A DNA stretch of 58,323 nt, the filler included, from Sphacelaria rigidula (taxonomy: Eukaryota): NCBI GenBank assembly GCA_964200075.2. It is 7 parts of 7 records of this genome, joined end to end, with 100 filler letters (N's around TTAATTAATTAA, not from the genome) between each part and the next. Parts side by side here need not be neighbours in the genome. Positions count along the whole stretch, not along the records: positions 50,079 to 58,323 come from CAXNAA020011791.1; 6 more parts are not named here. The stretch is one strand, 5' to 3'. The notes below the pieces were generated by a model. That model was not told the origin of the DNA. It did not search any database and saw only the letters and a list, made by a program, of their open reading frames with translations. This document shows, in pieces, positions 51,007-58,323 of the stretch (positions are counted from its first letter, which is position 1; every line of letters starts with the position of its first letter). The position numbers were made by a program, and so were the translations under genes.

Positions 51007-52809
51007 CGGTATCTACAAGCTGTAGCAGCCTGACGGTTGTACACTTGCCTGCCAAGCTAGTGCCTTGGGTTACAAGCCGTGTCCTTGCATTATACTACCG
51101 CTTGCTCTTCATTACAGTGGCGTTTGACTATGGAGCTTCTTCTTTGGCTATTGCGCTTCCTTCTTGCTCTCGACTGTACCCCTGCTGCCCAGCTGTGTAG
51201 CCTCAGCTTTTTGATATTTGTTTTGCCACGTTGCGTTCCCTTCAGGACAGTTTTAATCAGATCTACCGCTCAGGTAGTCAGAAGCTCTGAAAGCTGCTGC
51301 CCCGCGTGTCTCTCGGTAAAGTGTATTCGTGCCCTGCTACTTGCAACTTGCCGTAGCGCTCGACTGCACATCTTGTGCTACGTGTGGTCAACGTGAGGTC
51401 AACGCGCCCTGCTTGCTATTCTTGCCGTGCTGTCAATTTTGACATCACCTGCACAAGGCCGCACGGTACCATTTCCGACTGCACGTTGCGAACCTCTTTG
51501 TGATTCATCCAGCCAGGCACGTCCAACGTGCCAAGCCATCGTTGGCTCGTGTATTTGGTCTTGTGGCCCCCTTTTCTTCTGCCTAAGAGGTCTTCTACTA
51601 CAGGTTTGTACGAAACACCAGTGCACAAAGGCGCACTGTTCTTCATAGCCAGCCGCTGTCGCTGACCTGAGCTCCTGACAAATCAGCACGCGCTGCTGCT
51701 CTTTTTCTTCAGTATCGATTGTACGCGACTGTTGTATCTTTCCTTCACGAAATTACCGAACAAGTACAATCCGTGCTCTCACATTGTGACAACGGACACC
51801 TGTACACGAAATTTGGACTCGTTCCGGCACTTCAACTTCGCTGCTTGTAGCTACCTTGTTATTGTTGTAGCTTTAGCTTCGTCCCTTGTGGCTACTTTCT
51901 TGTTGTTGTCCTCTTCTGTACTTCGCACAACCGAAGGGCAACACGATCTATCACTGCGGTAGGGGACAATACGCAGCACAACGTACTGTGAGTTTTTCTC
52001 CTTTGACCCCTTCTCGAACGAACAAATTTATTGTTCCGAGACGGTTTCGTTGAAATACTACTAGTTGAAACATTTCAACCTCCGTTACGTGCTCATTTGA
52101 ACAGACAGCACTCGACATCGGTGCCCCGTGCCTGTGCACTTCAAAGTTTTTGGCACCCGCTGTCAGCGTTGCCCCTGTTGTGCATCACATCACCTTTTTT
52201 CCACATACGCACGTTGTCCCAACTTCGTTGGATAACAAGCTTCGCTCTGCACTACGCAGTCCGATTTCGCGGTCTATTACCCAAGCTTTGTAAAAGCTTT
52301 TGTGCTACCTTACGCTGCACAGTTTTCGTGCGCATCTGAGAAAGTATATGTATAATTCTCTTCATTTGCACACAGCCAGTCGTCCCTCAACTTGTGCTGG
52401 GATCATACAGTTATAGTCTGCCCGTGACCTACACACGGAACACGTGTAAGTTGTTCTTCCACGTACAAACGCTGTTGCAGACAATCGGGTCTTCGCTTGT
52501 CTTCGACGACATACGTCTGTTCTGTGCACAACCCCGTGCTAGCTATTACCGACACAACTTGAATGAAGTTGTATTAATCAGACCCCGGACATAGTTGTTA
52601 CAAACAGCAATTCGCTTGAATAAATTACTCAAGTAAATCAGGTCCCACGGTCCCCTCAGGCGCTATTAGGCTTCATTATCCAGTATTTCCGGATAAAAGC
52701 TTCGGCTTTTGCACGTAGCATCTCTTGGTGTCACGCTCCTTTGATTAGAGCCCGCAGATCAGACACACTGCACCTTCCTTTTTAAGCACAAAGGCTGCAT
52801 ACGATTATC

Positions 52810-55800
52810 ATGTCACACAGAAATAACGCTGGCTCTTCCCCTCAATTGGGAAACCAACCGCTTCGCCGGACCCGGAGTCAAACTGCTGGCGGTTCGCAAT
52901 CTTTAAAAAAGAGTGGCACGTCACCTTCAACCCATCGCCGCACGTGTGCAAGCGCTGTTCGATCTTCGGGATCTGAAGACCAACTTTCGAGCGAAGCTCG
53001 TTCTTCAAGGCTTGAAGACAAGACTTTGACGCCGAGACCTGTTCTCTCACGTTTCGACCCGGACTCAGAGAACATGGTAGTGCAACCGGCCGAGTCATTG
53101 GTTCCTGACGGACATGTGAGTCATCCTACGATAGGGGGGGGGGGGTATTTGGTTGCACGAAAAAAAAGGCTGATAAGTGTGCCAGATGACCTGCAACACT
53201 CGCGGTGCGCATGTATTTGGTTCAAAACGGTGTCAATCGGTATGAATGAGCGTCGTGTATCTGTAATAAGCTCGTTCAAGCAACCGTTCCTGACTTCAGC
53301 GGCGATTTACCTTGGAATTTCGTGCAAGAAGTGGCCCAAAATACCCCCCCCCCCCCTATCGTAGGATGACTCATGTCAGTGAGCCCATAACGGTGGATTC
53401 CGTCGCACATCCCTCGCTAGCCCCTGCTCTCCCGAATCCTAATGTGGAATCCGGAGTTAGGATTGTGCCCTCAGTCGAGTCATTGCCCCTGGACACACGT
53501 GTCTAGCTTGGCCCTGTACCGGTTGCTTCAACCGTGGCACCCCGTCGCTTGACGGCTGCCAGCTCTCGAGACGATTCTGTCCCGACGAAGCGCATCGCTT
53601 CTGGAGCAAGAGACTTTGCCACACGGGCTGCTTCCGTTACAGACCCCCTTCGCACGACTCCCGATAGTCCCATGCACCCTACTGCACAGTCCAATGTCGG
53701 ACCGGCAGTTGCAGCTATGCATGCTGCCATGCAAACTCTGCATCGCACCTCTTCGGCGTCGTCTCCATCGCCAGTGCCAGCCCTCATCGAGTCATTTACG
53801 GCTTTTTGCCACGCAACGCTCCAAGATCAATCGGCGTCTGCTCACGTGCAATTCGATGATGATTCAGCACCTGTCACGCCCAAACCCGTACGTCTAGCGT
53901 CCCGTTCGGCGACATGGCGCCCCCCGTTCGTCACTCATGATAAATTCAGCGAACATGAGTCCAACCCTTCCTCAACGTCGCAGCAGAGCCTTACTCGCGC
54001 TTCTGACCGGCGCCGCACACCAAGACTTGGTCACGACCACGTCTCCCGTTCTAGAAGTCCTAAGGGCAACTCCCAGCAAAGCTTGAATTCATCGCGCGTT
54101 TCAACACGTCCAAAGAACGTCCCTCGTGGTTACACTTACGATGGTGATTCACGTCACAGCTCCAACTCATCACGCGCTCCCCAGCGCCCGGTGAATGCTA
54201 ACTGTGAACGTACTCACGAGGATGCCTTGCGGCACAGATCAAGATCTTCGTGGCGTTAACTCGCGCTCGAAAAGCACCGAGCATGCACCCTCGCGCATCT
54301 CTCGTGCTCAGCAACTGTCACACAGCCGTCATGTACGCAATGATAACACTGCACATGCTGATGATATCCAAAATATATTTTCGGGCATGTCACCGGCTCT
54401 GGAATCCTCAATTGAAGGATCCGGCGGCACCTCATCGCACAAGCGACGACCACGCACTGGCGGCGAACCACCGTCCCGTTCCGACGCTACGCTTATTCGT
54501 TCTCTGCAACAACGTTTTACAGATCTTGAACAACTCACAACAGCGATCATGGACACCAAATGCACTACCGCTGCTGCTAAGCCTACGAGGGAGATCACCA
54601 ACGCCGCTCCCACTACCGCCGCAGCCGCCACTACCGTGGTCACTGTGCCTTCTGCCGCAGCCACTGCAGCCACGGTCCCAACTCCTGCCGCCGCCCAGCC
54701 TGCAGTAGACACAGATGCGAATAGTGGTCCCACCACTGGCCCTGTCGGGGACTTCTCCGTGCGCTCGCCTCCTTCGGTGGAGGATCTTCCTCCGCTCGGC
54801 GACGAGCATTGCCCCATCGGGGTTCTGTTGAGGTTATTCAGGGACCGCCCCCGCGCGGAACAAGAAAAGATCATTCACGACTATGCGTACCAAGCCCCGG
54901 CGCTAGCCCGCAACATACTCGACAAGTAACGAGATGCTGACGAGGCTGCCGCCCGCCTCCTTTGGGAGGAACATGCTGCCAAGCTGGAAGATTTTCACCG
55001 ACAGGCTTCAATCGCCCAAGCCACCAAGACGGCGGCGCACAGGGCATTGCAGGAAGGGCAGACTGCAGCCTTGACGGCACAGAGGAGGGTTCGCGAGCTA
55101 CAAGATCATGTTCAGCGCACTACGCAAGAAGCAGATTCGTCGATGGTACGGGTGACTCACCATCAAACCTCCCCGCCGCCTTCCGCCGACCACTTGCTCG
55201 ACGCTCGACCTCCTCGACAGCCCACGCCCACCAGGTCGGACTACGTGATACCACGTAAGTCCGACAGGGCGCCATCTGTCGCGGCCGCCGCCGCCCCCAC
55301 ACGGCCTCGTGCACCTGGCCCGGCGGTCACTGCCAGCCCCACCACAGGCCTGCAACTTGCACCACACAAACGGGTGTGGCTTTCTCGGTCTGCGGCCGAC
55401 TATACCGGCCCCTTCCACCGAAACAACCACCTGCACTGTTCCCGCCACGCTTGGAACACCATATCCCAACGCATGTGAGCCGTTATTGGTGGCTACGTGG
55501 AACAGGGCGGCTTCTTCCCGGACGATGGCCTGTCGGCGATCACCTTGAGCCAACTGGTCCTTCAGGCGACAATCGGCGATAGTCCGCATCTCCAGCGTTA
55601 CGTTGACACTGTCACCAATCTTTTGCGGCGCTACGCGCCGCTTCTAAATCTGATCCCGCCGCGACTCTCCCCGACGATAACGAAGATGAGGATGGGTGGG
55701 CCACCACGACCTCCAATTGCCGGGGCCACAAGAAGAATCACCGTCGCAATGACGTTGACAACAATGGTGGGAATTCACGCCACCGCCATGGCGGCGGGGG

Positions 55801-57499
55801 ATCCTCTTCGGGCAGTTCCGGACCAAACCGCCCGCCTGGCAAACCGAAAGGCAAGAACACCGGAGGTAACTCGTCCGGATCATCCGCAACGGCTTGGAAC
55901 CGGTTCGGTACAGACCTTACCCCCACGGTTTCAGCGACCCAAAGGCAAGTGCTTCCTAAGTTGGCTGATGTTTCGGCCAGCATTTTAGGTTTGTCTGATA
56001 CGGATACACCTGACCGTCCTTTGTCTTCTACTGCAGCCCGCGCTTTAGCCACCACTGCGGCTGGCAAAGAACGTTCTGAAGCTAGCAAAAAAGCAGCTTC
56101 CGATAGAGCTGAGTCCGCCCGAGTAGCTGTAATACAGAGACAGTATATTCAGATGGATGTAAAAAAACTCTGGCACATCAAAACCATGCCTGTCGCGGAT
56201 AACGAAGATTCGGGCCAGTTTACTTCTGCCCTCATCACGTCCATCCGCCGCACTGTTTGTAACATCCTTCACTTGGCGGATGTGACTGGCACACAACGTT
56301 TCGAAGACTCCGACTGGGTAGAGGGTTGACAGACTCCCTTGCACAAAGCCATTCATCGATCGATCCGCCGCCGCTCTCCCGACCTCGCTGCTTCTTCAAG
56401 GCAGGTTCTCGACAGATTTCTCGCGGAGATGGACCCGGACCGTGCCAAGGGAAAGACAGGCCCGGTATTACTCTGTGATTTGGAGAGGCGTCTAATCGGT
56501 TACTTCGATAAAAGTGACCGGGCCAGCGCCATCCAGAGGCTGAGTTCTTTTGTCGTCGCCTCTGATGTCCCCTTCGCGGATTATCTCCGCAAATTCAAGC
56601 TTTTGGTTTCGGGTATGACGGGAGTCGGACGTCAGAACGGACCGAGTGACGCAATGTGTCAAACTTACGTTCGCAATAGCGTTGGTCAACAGTATCCGGC
56701 TCTGATGCCGCCGTTGTTTCCGGGTGTCTTGGCGCATCGCGAGGTGCCTTACGCCTCCGTTGATACTATGTGGCCTGCTGTTGAACACCAAGAGGATAAT
56801 CTAACGCCTGCCATACGTGGCAAACCTTCAACGTCTATGCGTTCACAACCTACGGTTGTGTCCTCCGCTCATGCCCAAGGGGCTCGCGGCAGGAATTCGA
56901 GCTCGTCTCGCGCTTCACGGACCCCCGACTCAGTCGCCGGTTCAGTAATGCATGTTCAGGGTACCAAAGATGCATTAAGTGCGAGTTTTGACGGTTGGCT
57001 GTTTTCCGAGCAAACTTGGGATGATGTTTATTTGACTGCAACAACGGCATTCAGAACCGATGACCCCCATTTGTGGAACCCAATTCTTTCGTCTTCCGCT
57101 AGACGCAATGCCTTCAGCAGTCATGCCAACAGTTGCATCAACTGCAGTGTTCAAGGCCACAGCATGCGCGACTGTGACAGTCCATGCATCAATGCCTTTG
57201 ATCTCATGAAATCTGAATTGCAGGACAATGAACCCGCGTGGCGCCGATGGCAAAAACGCATGCGCGACTATCGTCCACCATATCGAAATTACCGCAATAA
57301 TTCGAACCAACGTGGCAACAAAAGCTCTAATCGCGGTCGCCGACACAACAACAATCACGGAAACCCTCGCCAGAACGATCAAAATTCTCGCGACAACAAA
57401 CGTTCCGCTGATAGACACCAGCGGACGGCACCGACACAAAGTTCTAATCCCAACACCAGAAGCCCTGGTACCTTCACTACGGGTCGCTTAGATCCATGA
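52810..57499 (+). pseudogene. gag: Very long gag ORF (~1,450-1,500 codons when repaired), disrupted by a MITE, stops and frameshifts
   Basis: ATG at 52810; successive ORF pieces match contig 2; CINCSVQGHSMRDC knuckle near 57134-57175; TGA at 57497-57499. Confidence 0.85.
53118..53372. mobile_element. 255-bp MITE with GAG...CTC termini and 4-bp TSD ATGT (Sola-like)
   Basis: TIR GAGTCATCCTACGATAGGGG(n)TATTT; ATGT at 53114-53117 and 53373-53376; the empty site GACATGTCAGTGA is on the minus strand near 15502-15514. Confidence 0.92.
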
Positions 57500-58323
57500 C
57501 GTGCCGACGCCGGCGTTCTTCGGTCTTCTACGCCGTCGATAGCACGAGCGAAGACTTTTTCAACACAGCCCGCGGAGTCCGTGTCAAAAACTGCCCACTC
57601 GACTCCCCCGGCACTATCCAGGAGCGTAACTGACGGCCGTTCATATCGACCCCCGTCTCGAACCCCCACACAATTTCAACATAGCCCGCAGAGCCCGCGA
57701 CTAAGATTGTCCGCCCGGCTCTCCCGGCACTATGCAGGAGTTCAACTGACGGCCGTTCAAATCGACCCCCGTCTTAATCACTCCACACACCGCGTAACAG
57801 TTGTGTCACCCCGCGACTCAGATCTACACCCGGCACTGAACTTGGTCCTTCAGTACCGAGTATAAGTCTGAGGTATGGGAAGACCAACCGCCAGTCCCTG
57901 AGGCAACGGCTTCCCTCAGCGACCGCACGCACAGGTAGCAGCAAGTCTTTTTCAGCTGACCCAAGTGTCGCTGATTTGAACCTGACCACATCGGATCATG
58001 TGATTCCTAATCAGTTCGATCAGGCTCCTTCCCCGCGATTTTCAAGACGCACGGACCTACCTTCGGCCGGTTTTACTAACAACCGCCCCAACATATCTTC
58101 GGCTATGCTCCAACAGCCAAGCTTGCCAACGGAAAGCAGCCCACAAGTTTCGCCCCGTCATGCCCCGATGCTGACCCCATCCACGCAACTGGACGTAGTT
58201 GTGGTTTCATCCCCAAATGTTTTGGAAGTTCCCCGACCTTTGTCACGGCGAAAGAGAAAGCCCCGTAAGCATGCCCCCAAGGACGCGCGCGCATCATTAC
58301 GTACACCTCTTTCGAGCGGAAAT

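Larger units (their letters stand above)
51007..58323 (+). mobile_element. Degenerate Ty3/Gypsy internal region (long 5'UTR, gag, start of pol); same family as contig 2
   Basis: Colinear with the reverse complement of ~10565-16112. Confidence 0.9.

Overview
This is not one contiguous locus. It is seven unrelated contigs of near-identical, decreasing length (8247, 8247, 8246, 8246, 8246, 8246, 8245 bp), joined by artificial 100-bp linkers (44 N + TTAATTAATTAA + 44 N), so adjacency across linkers has no biological meaning. The DNA is eukaryotic: GT-AG spliced genes with long, repeat-filled introns and (CAG)n microsatellites. A stramenopile, probably a brown alga, is my inference, not something shown directly. 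Contigs 1, 2 and 7 are mostly degenerate Ty3/Gypsy LTR retrotransposons, and contigs 2 and 7 are two copies of one family with a very long gag ORF. Contig 3 has an intronless Q/A-rich ORF with a split CxxC...FCSxxC zinc finger. Contig 4 has the last three exons of protein-L-isoaspartate O-methyltransferase. Contig 5 has a solo LTR and a multi-exon gene encoding an SQ-cluster protein. Contig 6 has a multi-exon minus-strand gene of unknown function. The most unusual signals are: (i) a ~55-60-bp micro-element seen four times, always within C-rich tracts; (ii) a Sola-like MITE whose empty site is visible in the sister retroelement; (iii) a single shared in-frame TGA between gag and pol in both Gypsy copies; (iv) an LTR flanked by both a PPT and a PBS. 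Most short ORFs in the supplied track are spurious.
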